DNA from: Octopus bimaculoides
Taxonomy: Eukaryota
DNA length: 64,000 bases
Assembly (NCBI RefSeq): GCF_001194135.2
Contig: NC_069010.1
Span: forward strand, 9,010,585-9,074,584
Direction of reading: 5' to 3'
Part shown: in pieces, positions 53,139 through 64,000 of the stretch
Position numbering within the stretch: the first letter of the stretch is position 1
How the letters are laid out: each line of letters starts with the position of its first letter
Program-made: the position numbers and the translations under genes
Notes under the pieces: model-generated
What the model saw: the letters and a program-made list of their open reading frames with translations, nothing else
Database searches by the model: none
What the model was told of the DNA's origin: nothing

Positions 53139-53360
53139 AGAGAGAGAGAGAGAGAGACTGTGAGAGAGAGGGAGACTGTGAGAGAGTGAGTTGGGAGAGG
53201 GAGACTGTGAGAGAGTGAGGTGGGAGAGAGAGGGAGACTGTGAGAGAGTGAGGTGGGAGAGAGAGAGAGAGGGAGACTGTGAGAGAGAGGGAGACTGTGA
53301 GAGAGAGAGACTGTTAGAGAGTGAGGTGGGAGAGAGGAAGAGAGAGACTGAGAGGGAGAG
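53139..53360. repeat. GA-rich compound minisatellite (GAGAGAGGGAGACTGT / GAGAGAGTGAGGTGG units)
   Basis: Direct reading; abuts the acceptor of exon 53026-53133. Confidence 0.9.
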
Positions 53361-53520
53361 AGGTGGGGTAAAACTGGTAACTGAACATGAAAACAAACAT
53401 TTATACACACACACATATATATATATATATATACGTATGTATATAAAATGTGTGCTGTATATGTGTGTGTGTAGATATGAATGCAAACAACAAAGAGGAG
53501 AAAAGTAACAAAGAACTTAC

Positions 53521-53607
53521 AAATTGGATTAGATTTGTAATTCTGAAACGAGTTCCCTAATTTCTCCAAACACTCGTAAACAGGTAATATTCGGTCCAAT
53601 AAATAAT
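53521..53607 (-). CDS. HIP1: HIP1 exon
   Basis: gtattttag|(D)YLLDRILPVYECLEKLGNSFQNYKSNPI|gtaagt; phase 1-1. Confidence 0.9.
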
Positions 53608-54126
53608 CTAAAATACAAGGAAAATGTAATTAAGCATATTCATTAGCAATAGTAGTAGTAGTAGTAGTAGTAACATCATGCAAATTTATGCGCTTCCAAC
53701 TATGGCCATCAATACTGTACCCAAGTGAACAGAGTCCAATAGATTTGATGATTTTTCTCAGAAATATTTTATTTTTAGAAAGCCGCACTGAGTTCCTCTG
53801 AAAGACCACACTCAGTCCTTTAAAAGACCTGCACTCAGACCCGTCAAAGGCAGCACTCAGACTCGCCAAAGCCTGCATTCAGACCAGCCACAGCTCACAC
53901 TCAGACCTGCCAAAGCCTACACTTAAGCCTTTAGAAAACCCCTGCAAGCAAACCTCCAATGGCCACATCCAGACCCTTTGATCGCTCTATTCTTACTCAG
54001 CAAAGGTCAAACAGACGTTCAAACTGTCCCGGCCTCTGTCTTTCCTTTGGAGATCTGCAAGCCCCCACCCTCACCACCATCACCACCACCACCCATACAC
54101 ACAGTCGTGCCTCACTGGTAACTTAC

Positions 54127-54216
54127 CTGCTGAGCAACCTACAGTCAGGTGGAGAAGATTGTCTGATTGTTCTGTGGCATCCAAGAGAATGGAGTTGCAT
54201 TGCTTGACACAGCTTT
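54127..54216 (-). CDS. HIP1: HIP1 exon
   Basis: gcattttcag|(E)SCVKQCNSILLDATEQSDNLLHLTVGCSA|gtaagt; phase 1-1. Confidence 0.9.
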
Positions 54217-54887
54217 CTGAAAATGCAAAACAGCAGAAGGACAAACGGTTAGTGTTAGCATCATCATCATCATCATCATCATCATGTTTTCACTGACGAC
54301 ATCAGTTGAATGGTTTGACAGTAGTTGGCTCCAATTGTCTGTTTTGGCCGGGTTTCTACAGCTGGATGCCCTTCCTAATGCCAACCACTTCACAGAATGT
54401 CTGCTGGGTGCTTTTTACATTTAGAAAAATAAAGATGACAAAATAAGGCAGACGTTCTCAAGAATGGGCAGTACCTTCTTCAAACAGGCACCGAGCATGG
54501 CAAAAGAGGGGGGGGGGCGTTAGGCCTTAACAGGTAGTTAGGTAACATAACATAGTAAATTTTACCTATAGCAGTAATTATACATAATTAAGACTAGTAA
54601 CAGTCATTAAAATGAAATGGGACCTCATCAGGCTCGGGGAAGTGATTAACTTGCAATGGATAAATGTGAAAATGACAACTTTTGTCTTTGTGAATTTCTT
54701 AATTCTTTCACGGTTAAACTTAGACAATCCATTCTGAGAGTAAAATCTATAAATTGTATTCTATGGTTGGTAAGTTGAGTTGTGATACCTCACTCACCAC
54801 TTTAGTGGGTGTCAGGCATAGCAACGACTTAAAATGGGGCCGATACAAGGAAAAGGTTGAGAACCATTGATTTAAGTTTTCATATAA

Positions 54888-55010
54888 AGGGGTCGGACAA
54901 AATAATGGGGACACTTAGCATCGTAATTTTGAAATATCTATAAAAATTGTCAAAAGCATGTCCAATTTTATGTTTTTTGATTTATTATTAGTGTTGCTTA
55001 ATATATTAGA
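54888..55010. mobile_element. Terminal fragment of the same Tc1 family as 12731-13955
   Basis: aggggtcggacaaaataatgg...aattttgaaatatctataaaa...gatttattattagtgttgcttaa matches the reverse complement of 13840-13955. Confidence 0.8.
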
Positions 55011-55238
55011 CTGGATCAACATGAAATGAAGTGTTCTGCTCCAGGGGCCAAATGTGCTGCCGGGTCTGGGAATAGAAGTAAAGGCTTTGTGATCAGGGGT
55101 TCAATATCCTAGGTCACTAAGCCAGGTTTTGTGACAATAAAAAGAGTCATGGATCTGAAAAAAATAAAGTGAGAAGATAAAAGAGAGAACAATGGGGGAA
55201 GAGAGAGCAAACATTAAAACAAACCAATGATTCCTTAC

Positions 55239-55644
55239 CCAGAAGTAATTGGTAGAGTTTGTTGAGGGCTGCTTCATGTTCATTGTCACTGGTTTTTTTC
55301 TCTGTCAATAACTCTTCATATTTCCTCTCCATCTCCTCTTTATTTTTCGTATAATTCTCCTCTGCTGTCTGCTGTGTACCTTGGCTGCTCTTCAGTTGCG
55401 TTTCAACCACTTCCATTTCCTTCTTCAATGTTTCCTTGGCAACCACCATCTCTTTAGTTTTCTCTTCCAATTCATTCTGCAAACAGCTCACTTGCTTCTG
55501 CAGTTTCTCCGCCGTTTCATCTTTCTCGGCTTTCGTCGCCTGCAGGCTTTCCTCCAGTGCGATGCTGCTTGAACGGACATCTTTAAGATCCGTCTCCAGC
55601 TGCAGCTTCTGGGCTTTGATTAATTCGATTTCCTTGGTTAACTC
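55239..55644 (-). CDS. HIP1: HIP1 large coiled-coil exon (406 nt)
   Basis: gaccaacag|ELTKEIELIKAQKLQLETDLK...AALNKLYQLLL G|gtaagg; phase 0 to 1; heptad-rich and in frame with both neighbours. Confidence 0.9.
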
Positions 55645-55749
55645 CTGTTGGTCAGAGTGCAGAGAAAAAGGAAAGATGCATAAACAGAAGAGCACTCAAT
55701 GCAACAGAGCAGGGGTCGTTTGTCATCCCTCGACGATTCCTGCTTTGTC

Positions 55750-56950
55750 TCCCATCACAAATCTGATCGACTCTCCCATCAAAGAGGAAAGTGAACAACC
55801 TCCATAGTATGATTTTAAACTGCATCTGGTAGCAGAACCCTGATTTGGGAGTTTAAAAGTTTTCAGGAGTGTGGGACCGGGCTTCAGCACATATTGTACC
55901 CAGCCCTTCTCTGACCTACAGGGCCCCAGCTATGGGTTGATTAGCAGGTTATGGAAGAAACCCTGGGCACAAACCCTCACTGCTTTGTGAGTGCCTTGGG
56001 AAAGGAGAAAAGTTGAGGAATCGAGCTGGACAGCAAATCAAGGAGTGAAGTTCTTCAAGTGGTCTGGTTGCCGTTTTTGACACCCTTCCAGTAACTCCAG
56101 CCCCATAACGCAATCCACTTAACAGAAGGTCACTCTAGTGTAAAGCCTACAACTTGCTGAGCAGTGCAGCCATCTTAAATCACTGAGCCCCTTTAGTCAG
56201 ACGTCCAAATCTAAAGAATGGGAACAGATCAAGCAAACTGACTCTGAGGAAGCTCAGTGGCATCAGGGGCTGTTCTTCCAGAGGATCTTTGGACACGAAG
56301 AAACTGCCATCATCAGTGAAGGATTTAGGATGCAGATCACAGAGAGGGAGACCCTTTAATTAAGTCTTAATGGTTCGATTATTTAAGGATCACAAAAATT
56401 AGCATTTAATGAAGACAAAGATTTGAGAATAATTCATCAGAGGTTAAATGTGTTCCACGAATTGTGTCTACACAAAATACTGAAAACCACCGACAGGGAC
56501 AGAACCGGGAACTGGGAAGTTCTGGAAGAACCAGACTGAGGAGCTTGAAGGAGAAAGAAGAGTGAAAGTTCAAGGTTGTGTCTTCTGACAATTATACAAT
56601 AGGGACCACGAGAGGGAGAAAGGACAAAGAGAAGAAGACAGAATGCTGTAGCTTCAAAGATGTGAAACAACAACATAACAGCACCTGGGAAGAATGAAGA
56701 CCAAAGACAGGTTTAGAGTAGGAATGAGGGAGAAAGGAAGCAAAGGGAAAGGCAAAGGGACATGGTAGACCCCCTAGAAAGATCTGAATCAATTTAGAAG
56801 CACCTGGAAAGATGCAGGAGGCTGTGAGAAGAATGAAGAGCCAAGAACGGGTACGAAAAAAAGAGCTGGGAAGACACCAGCAGCAAAGATGAAAAGCAGA
56901 GACTGAAGAGGTCTCAGTGGATGATGTAGCGACCAAGTGTAGAGGAAAGG
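55750..56950 (-). mobile_element. Probable very decayed LINE reverse transcriptase relic
   Basis: DLIKGLPLCDLHPKSFTDDGSFF resembles the INDL...FADD RT motif; many stops; ends approximate. Confidence 0.35.
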
Positions 56951-57510
56951 AGCCAAGGCTAACGACAGACTGTATTAAGGGTCACAAAGAGGGGAGAAAA
57001 AACCTTTAATGAAGCCTAAATAAATTTAATGGGTTTAGCTTGGGAGGAGTGGTGGTGGTGGTGATGGTGGTCAGCATTTTACTAGACAGCCCAAGGGGTC
57101 AGAAATAGAATGTAAAAGTGAAGGGTTAGGGGGTAAGGGTAAAAAAAACATCCATGTCCCTCGCTCCCCCTGCCCCCCCGCCCCCTNNNNNNNNNNNNNN
57201 NNNNNNNNNNNNNNNNNNNNNNNNNNNNNNNNNNNNNNNNNNNNNNNNNNNNNNNNNNNNNNNNNNNNNNNNNNNNNNNNNNNNNNNNNNNNNNNNNNNN
57301 NNNNNNNNNNNNNNNNNNNNNNNNNNNNNNNNNNNNNNNNNNNNNNNNNNNNNNNNNNNNNNNNNNNNNNNNNNNNNNNNNNNNNNNNNNNNNNNNNNNN
57401 NNNNNNNNNNNNNNNNNNNNNNNNNNNNNNNNNNNNNNNNNNNNNNNNNGGAGGGTGAGTGGTTGCCTTGGAAAGCAGTAGCAGCCTGTCCCCAAGAGTA
57501 TGCATGAGAA

Positions 57511-57544
<34 letters not shown>

Positions 57545-58437
57545 CATGTATGCATATAGGTATATAGATATGTAGATATAGACATATATATATATATGTG
57601 TGTGTAGAGAGAGAGAGGGGGAGAGAGAGAGAGAGAAAGAGTGAAGGAGAGAAAGAGAGGTGAAGAGAAATAGAGTGAAGAAAAGAGAGGGGGAGAGAAG
57701 ACACACACACACACACATGCATAGGGGTGGGAGCCATAGACATTATTATTATTATTATTATTATTGACTCAGGCCAGTGACATTATGCAAATGAGTGTAG
57801 CCATTCCAGGTGAAGTCTAGTTTGTGGCTGAGCTGCACAGGAACCCTTTAGTTCCAAGGAACGGGGAGAGGGTGTTAGGGGAAACTCCTAGAAATCATTC
57901 GAAGGGATCCACAATTGAGTGGAATTTGCAGCTTAATTTTACTCAACCTAAGACAACCCTCCTGGGCCAAACAACTGCAGGATTGACAGGTTAATAACTC
58001 TTTCTCAATTCCACGAGTGGTGGCAAAGGTAAAGGTTACCTTCTCGGGGACACACGGATTCCCATCAATACAACTACTAGTGTGTGTGTATGTGTTCGTA
58101 CACCATTTGTCAAAACACGGTGGACCGCTGGTTTACAAATCCAACCTTGCCCCTGGCAGAGTCCAACCGGGAATGGCATTGCATTTGTACAGGTCCCTGC
58201 TTAGCACTGCCACCTCGTAATATATTTGGTGTTTACTTTATTTTCTGGTATTTTATTGCTACATCCATTGGAGGGTGTATACATTTCCAGAATCACGTAT
58301 GTATATGTACAAATATATATGTATACACACAATATCAAACCCTGGCACTGGTTAAAATGGGCAATATGATAAAAGTGACACCCTCACATCTGTTAGTATT
58401 TTTTGACAACGTGAGGTAATTTATACCTCCACCCCAC

Positions 58438-58479
<42 letters not shown>

Positions 58480-59561
58480 GAGAGAGAGAAATAGGGGACA
58501 CACACATACATTACATACACAAAGAGAGAGGTAAAGAGAGAGAGAGGCCTTGAAATGCAATAAATAGGTCTACAGATATACGGACAGACATGTATGTAAA
58601 AGTACACATGGCCCCCAAACGAGGAGAAGAATAATAACAGTTGTTAAGCATTTTGTTACTTTGCTATGACAGACACGAGCCTTGAACCGACGACAAAACA
58701 ACAACCAATAATAATAATAATAATAATAATAATAAAGATGATGATGATGGCATTGTCAACTACAATGAAAACTGCATGCTCCACAAGACGGTATTTTGTT
58801 GCATGCAACGAACAACAAAGTGACAGGAATCAGAGAAAATGGAGAAAAGACAACCATGCAAGATAGAAATATGAGGACATTGCAAAAGATTCCAAGATTT
58901 TCTACTGAAAGGAAGAGACAACAATGATGACATCAAGAAGGAAAAAGACAAAAGACTTTTTGGGGAGTTTCGTTTTCAAAAAGACTATCTTTCTTTCTTT
59001 TTTGGTTTCTGGTGATGCTGGGACTAATTACGATTACCTATCATTGACCATCCCTGGCTGGAAGGCCTGGACCATTGGGCAAGCAACCTCATGTCTACAT
59101 GTCTGTCTGTCCAGTAAGATGTCCACATCTGTGTCTCTCTCTCAGATATCCATGTGTCCAGCTGTCAAATGTCTTTGCGTCTCTGTTCAACCAAATGCTC
59201 ATGTCTGTCTGTCTGTCCAGTTAGATGGCCACATTTGTCATAGTGTTCTACCAGATGTCCATAAGTGCCTCTCCAACCATTTATGGTGCGCCCCCTCCAC
59301 AGTCCCTGCCCCCACCCACCCACGTCATCAATGATGGCCTAGAGAAGCCCAAACGATGTCTACCCTCAATAATTGGTAAACAGAGGCATGGTTAAGCTGC
59401 CGGGTGGACGGAGGATGGGGGGAGGGGGAAGATGAATGACAGGTGGACGGAGGTCATAGGCGACAGAGGACGGGGAGGAAGGAGGTGGGGGAGGAGGAGG
59501 AAGAGGAAACAGGACCAACAAAAAAACAAAAAAAAAATAAAAAAAGAAAGGGATAACAAAC

Positions 59562-59699
59562 CTGACAAGATTTCTCCAGTTGTGAACGTTGCTGAGTGGA
59601 AGATTGCAGCTGGAGGGAGACTTGGTCAGCCTTGGCCTGGGTGGTCACCTCAAGCTGTTTCTGCTCTTCACGGACACTGTCCAGCTCACTGTTTGTCTT
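59562..59699 (-). CDS. HIP1: HIP1 coiled-coil exon (most 5' well-supported exon in window)
   Basis: tagtag|KTNSELDSVREEQKQLEVTTQAKADQVSLQLQSSTQQRSQLEKSCQ|gtttgt; phase 0-0. Confidence 0.8.
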
Positions 59700-60200
59700 C
59701 TACTAGGTTCAAGGTTTCAAATCACACCCAGGGCAGAACGCAGTGGGTCAAAGCATGCAAGGTGGACCCAGAGGTTAAATTGGGAGGCGAATGGTGGCGG
59801 TGGGAGAGGTCGGGGGTGAAGGGTAGAAAAAAGAAAAACAAAATAAAAAACAACAAATTAAAAAAAAAATTAAACAAAATATCACAAACAAAAACAAAAA
59901 TGTAGTTGGAGGAGGAGGAGGGAATCAGAAGTGGAGGTTGTTTAGCCCTAGGTTAGTCATGATCCAATAGAGCTATGATCAATGCTGTTCCAACCGTGAC
60001 CACCCTGTTGTTATGTGCAGGGAATCACATCATTCAAAGAAGGAATCCTTCTTTTTAAAGTTTGAAGGAGATTTTGGCTGCTATTTCTAAAAGGCTGAAT
60101 ATGCAAGTAGAAAACTTGCTATTTGATTGAGTAAAGGTCAGCCGGCCACGACGCTTCCAGCTTTTTCTTCATCCCAAATGTGTCCGTTTAAAAGATGACC

Positions 60201-60500
60201 ATGGCTGCGTGGTAAGAAGTTTGCTTTCCAGCCACATGGTTCTGGGTTCAGTCCCACTGCGTGGCACCTTGGGCAAGTGTCTTCTACTATAGCCTCTGGC
60301 CGACCAAAGCCTTGAGAATAGCTTTGGTAGACGGAAACTGAAAGAAGCCTGTTGTATAATAATATAATATATGTATGTATATCTATGTGTGTGTGTTTGT
60401 CCTCCATCATCACTTGGCAACTAGTATTGGTGTGTTGAGGTACCTGTAACTTAGCGGTTCAGCAAAAGAGACCAATAGAATGAGTACTAGGCTTCAATTT
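60201..60500 (+). mobile_element. tRNA-derived SINE; representative of a family also at ~8240-8385, 14020-14405, 20315-20430, 27530-27665, 44130-44410, 49890-50010, 51960-52270
   Basis: TGGCTGCGTGG (A box) ... GGTTCAGTCCC (B box) then ccttgggcaagtgtcttctactatagcc...aactgaaagaagcc. Confidence 0.85.
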
Positions 60501-60923
60501 GTCCAACTAAAAAGCCTCAGTCAAGTAAGAGAGAAGGTGATACTTGCAGCAGGTTTGACTGTTGTTTCTAGCAGGTTGTATTTGTGTTACCTTCAGTGGT
60601 GTGCAATGTTGGCTTTTGTTTAGGTCCAGGTGAACCCTGAAAGAACCGGGCCAGGGGAGAGGGGACACAGTGTCAAAACATGGTAGGGGGCAGCAGTTAC
60701 AAAGGATGGTACAGACATTGTGTAGGGGGGAGGGGCATGTGGGGAGGGAGGGTGCAGTCTGTGACAACAAACATCAAACACAACAACAAGATGCAAGGAA
60801 ATTGGAAAACAAGCAGAAGTCTAAATTGGATTTTACTAACGAGCATACATAATTAATTACAACAACAAGAATAGTTAAAATATGGAAAAAATATCAAAAA
60901 AAGTTCCTCACCTTAATACTTAC

Positions 60924-60935
60924 CTCCTGAGAGAT
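60924..60935 (-). CDS. Candidate 12-nt HIP1 microexon (ISQE)
   Basis: ttggtctcttag|ATCTCTCAGGAG|gtaagt; phase 0-0; second in-frame donor AAG|gtgagg 12 nt further. Confidence 0.5.
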
Positions 60936-62276
60936 CTAAGAGACCAATCTATACATACATACATACATACATACATCATCATCATCGTTTTACATCTGCT
61001 TTCCATGCTGGTATGGGTGGGACGGTCTGACAGAGGACTGGCAAGGCAGGAGGCTGCACCAGGCTCCAATCTGATTTGGCAAAGTTTCTACGGCTGGAAG
61101 CCTTTCCTAACGCCAACCACTCCGAGAGTGTAGTGGGTGCTTTTACGTGCCACCGGCACAGAAGCGAGTTGGGGGGGGGGGGCACTGGGATTGACCATGT
61201 TTCGATGGTGCTTTTTACGTGCCACCCAATGGCACAGGAGCTAGTCAGGGAGCACTGGCATCAACCACGTTCGGACGGGGCTTTTGACATGCATTGATTC
61301 ATGCTTGAATGGCGCTTATTACGTGCCACCAGCAAGGGTGCCAGTCTGGCAGCACTGGCACCAGCCATTGTGATTTCAATATGCACACACACACACATAT
61401 ATACACATATATATACGTATATATATGTATATACACACACACACTATTGTATATAAGTCAGATTATTTTTCACATGATTTTAAGTGAAAGAAAAACTGGG
61501 ATGCTACAACTTACCCGTCATGGGGCAACGCAATAATAATTATGGAGACCAAAAACATTTTGTAAATTAAGAGTGTCATTTATATCATCTGATACTCAGT
61601 CAGTTATGATAACGAGGGTTCCAATCAATGGAATTGCTTGGTTGTGAAATTAATGTACTGAGCACTCGACAGACACACGTCTCCTCAAAGTAGTTCTCAG
61701 GGAGATTCAGCATGAAACAGAACGTGACAGGGCTGGGCCCTTTCAATGCAGCTGCACCTCACTTTTTGCCAGTTGAATGTGCTGCCGGATATTGTAGTCA
61801 TGGTCTTACAATCATCAGCTAAACAGACATTAAATGATGATGATGATGATGATGATGCTGGTGGTGATGGCACATCCATCCATATGTCCAGTGCTGTGTC
61901 CTGAAAATTCTGCCATAATATAAAGATCCGCAAGAAAAACCTGTTTTTGGCTGCAACTTTCGTTTTCGACAGAACTCAAAGGGAAAACAGGATTTGTGTT
62001 GTAGAGTTCTACCTTATCCTAAAGAACTTTCTGGAATGTGAAGCATCCGTAATGCTGCAAGAGATTTCTGGGGGTGAAGTGGGGGTGTTCGGAAGAGCAT
62101 CCACCTGAAGAAATCGGGGCTAAAGCAGACAGTAGAGTTTGGTGAAGTCCCCCCCCCACCCCCGGGTATTTACCAGTTCCTGTCAAACCATCATCCAACC
62201 CATGCCAGCATAGAAAACAGACTGATGATGACGATGGTAGCGATATAGTGTTCAGGTAAAATTCTGGCTAAGGACA

Positions 62277-63584
62277 TCTATATATATAAAAATGAGAATG
62301 TGTGTGTGTCTGTCTGTCTGTCTGTCTGTGTGAATCCCTAAAACTCGAGAACTACGCAACCAATTTCATTCAAATTTTACACATGCCTTACTTAGGGTTC
62401 CAGTTGTGTTTTAGTCAAAAAAAATTTTAACTTCTTCCAGAGTTCGAGCCCACAGCAACATAATATCTCCTCCACTATTTAAGTATTACGTGTCAAAAGT
62501 GAAACAAAAACACTCATGTCAAATACTTTCACTTTAAAAATGAAACTATTCTACTAACTGAAACAATCACATTTCGATACTGTAATGACAGATACTTTCA
62601 GAGAGAGAGANNNNNNNNNNNNNNNNNNNNNNNNNNNNNNNNNNNNNNNNNNNNNNNNNNNNNNNNNNNNNNNNNNNNNNNNNNNNNNNNNNNNNNNNNN
62701 NNNNNNNNNNNNNNNNNNNNNNNNNNNNNNNNNNNNNNNNNNNNNNNNNNNNNNNNNNNNNNNNNNNNNNNNNNNNNNNNNNNNNNNNNNNNNNNNNNNN
62801 NNNNNNNNNNNNNNNNNNNNNNNNNNNNNNNNNNNNNNNNNNNNNNNNNNNNNNNNNNNNNNNNNNNNNNNNNNNNNNNNNNNNNNNNNNNNNNNNNNNN
62901 NNNNNNNNNNNNNNNNNNNNNNNNNNNNNNNNNNNNNNNNNNNNNNNNNNNNNNNNNNNNNNNNNNNNNNNNNNNNNNNNNNNNNNNNNNNNNNNNNNNN
63001 NNNNNNNNNNNNNNNNNNNNNNNNNNNNNNNNNNNNNNNNNNNNNNNNNNNNNNNNNNNNNNNNNNNNNNNNNNNNNNNNNNNNNNNNNNNNNNNNNNNN
63101 NNNNNNNNNNNNNNNNNNNNNNNNNNNNNNNNNNNNNNNNNNNNNNNNNNNNNNNNNNNNNNNNNNNNNNNNNNNNNNNNNNNNNNNNNNNNNNNNNNNN
63201 NNNNNNNNNNNNNNNNNNNNNNNNNNNNNNNNNNNNNNNNNNNNNNNNNNNNNAATTGTCAAGTAAATGAGACGCATCTTTGCCTCCACTGATTCACTTG
63301 CAAAGTGTTAAGTAAAATTATTTCGTTGCAGACCTCCTTTGGGTCTTTTTATTATCACTGCGACACACATAGTCCCCAGGTGGTAACATTGATTTCAAGG
63401 CCCTCCTAGATGAGAGACTGGCATTCCACTTAATGTCTATGTTCCATGCTGGCATGGATTGGAGAGTTATTAATGTAGAAATATGGTATCGTAGCTACTA
63501 ACAGTTGAGGGTTGCGTAGTCTAGACAGCGTTTTTAGATTTCATTATTCTCTTTAACCCGGGCAAAGCCGGGTATTTCTGCTAG
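62277..63584 (+). mobile_element. Non-autonomous Helitron spanning a gap
   Basis: A|TCTATATATATAAAA 5' end; subterminal hairpin CCCGGGCAAAGCCGGG; CTAG|T 3' end; no TSD. Confidence 0.8.
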
Positions 63585-63669
63585 TAATCAAATAAATACA
63601 CACAAAAAGGGTTACTGTTGATTTACCACCTAAAACTCCAACTTGAACTGCAAAAACAATTGATAAGAA

Positions 63670-64000
63670 GAAGAATCCTTTCTACTATAGGGTCCAATGC
63701 TTGAAATTCAGGGGAAAGGGGCTCTTTGATTAGATCAAGCCCTCAAACCCAGACAGAGATGAAATCAAAGTTGATGTTGGTGTCACATGGACTCAGAACA
63801 TAAAAGCAGAACAAATGTCGCTAAGCATTCTGTGCGACATGCTAACAGTTCTGGCTGCTCACTGCCTGAATAAGAATCATCTTTCCTACAAAAGGCACAA
63901 AGCCTGAAGTTTGGGGGGGAGGGGGACTAGTCAATTACATCGTTGCCCCCAGTCTTTCACTGGTCCCTAATTTATCAATCCCAAAAGGATGAAAGGCAAA
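63670..64000 (-). mobile_element. Second SINE family, two partial copies; also ~4713-4845, 7560-7740, 34170-34400, 36170-36340, 37780-37960, 45330-45500, 46720-46850
   Basis: Shared core tgagttcaaattc.gcc.aggtcgactttgcctttcatcctttc..ggtcgataaa.taagtaccag. Confidence 0.75.

Noticed and set aside
58780-58905. Acceptor-like cctttcag| on the minus strand between HIP1 exons
   Set aside because: Followed by stops or non-homologous frames; exons 59562 and 55644 already join in phase
61758-61820. Apparent HIP1 exon ADDCKTMTTISGSTFNWQK with AG/GT ends
   Set aside because: The donor half lies in a SINE body shared with 16770-16900 and the peptide has no HIP1 similarity

Overview
Eukaryotic, repeat-rich animal genomic DNA with 11 N-gaps. 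The (TA)n/(CA)n/(GAT)n tracts and the tRNA-SINE, RTE-LINE and Tc1/mariner content suggest a coleoid cephalopod (Octopus-like); this is inference. Three genes can be built by hand. (1) A six-finger C2H2 zinc-finger gene on the minus strand (CDS 4850-5581). (2) A complete FBXO8 orthologue (F-box + Sec7) on the plus strand: 5 coding exons, 14886-20822, 296 aa, all introns GT-AG with consistent phases. (3) The 3' part of a HIP1/HIP1R (Sla2-family, I/LWEQ) gene on the minus strand: 13 well-supported exons, 59699 to 43435, plus candidate micro-, cassette and terminal exons. The most unusual feature is the region between the divergent ZNF and FBXO8 genes. It is an inverted duplication (arms ~9893-10055 and ~10376-10508) around an RTE 3' relic, so both genes appear to start from mirror copies of the same promoter/leader; an assembly artefact is not excluded. 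Also notable are a candidate 12-nt HIP1 microexon (ISQE) with tandem donors, a TAG-TAG-AAG acceptor, alternative HIP1 C-termini, and a canonical PGE glutamate finger in FBXO8. The remainder is transposon relics (Tc1, mariner, maT-like, hAT MITEs, Helitron, RTE, CR1-like, SINEs) and micro/minisatellites. No CRISPR array, rRNA or genuine tRNA gene was seen.
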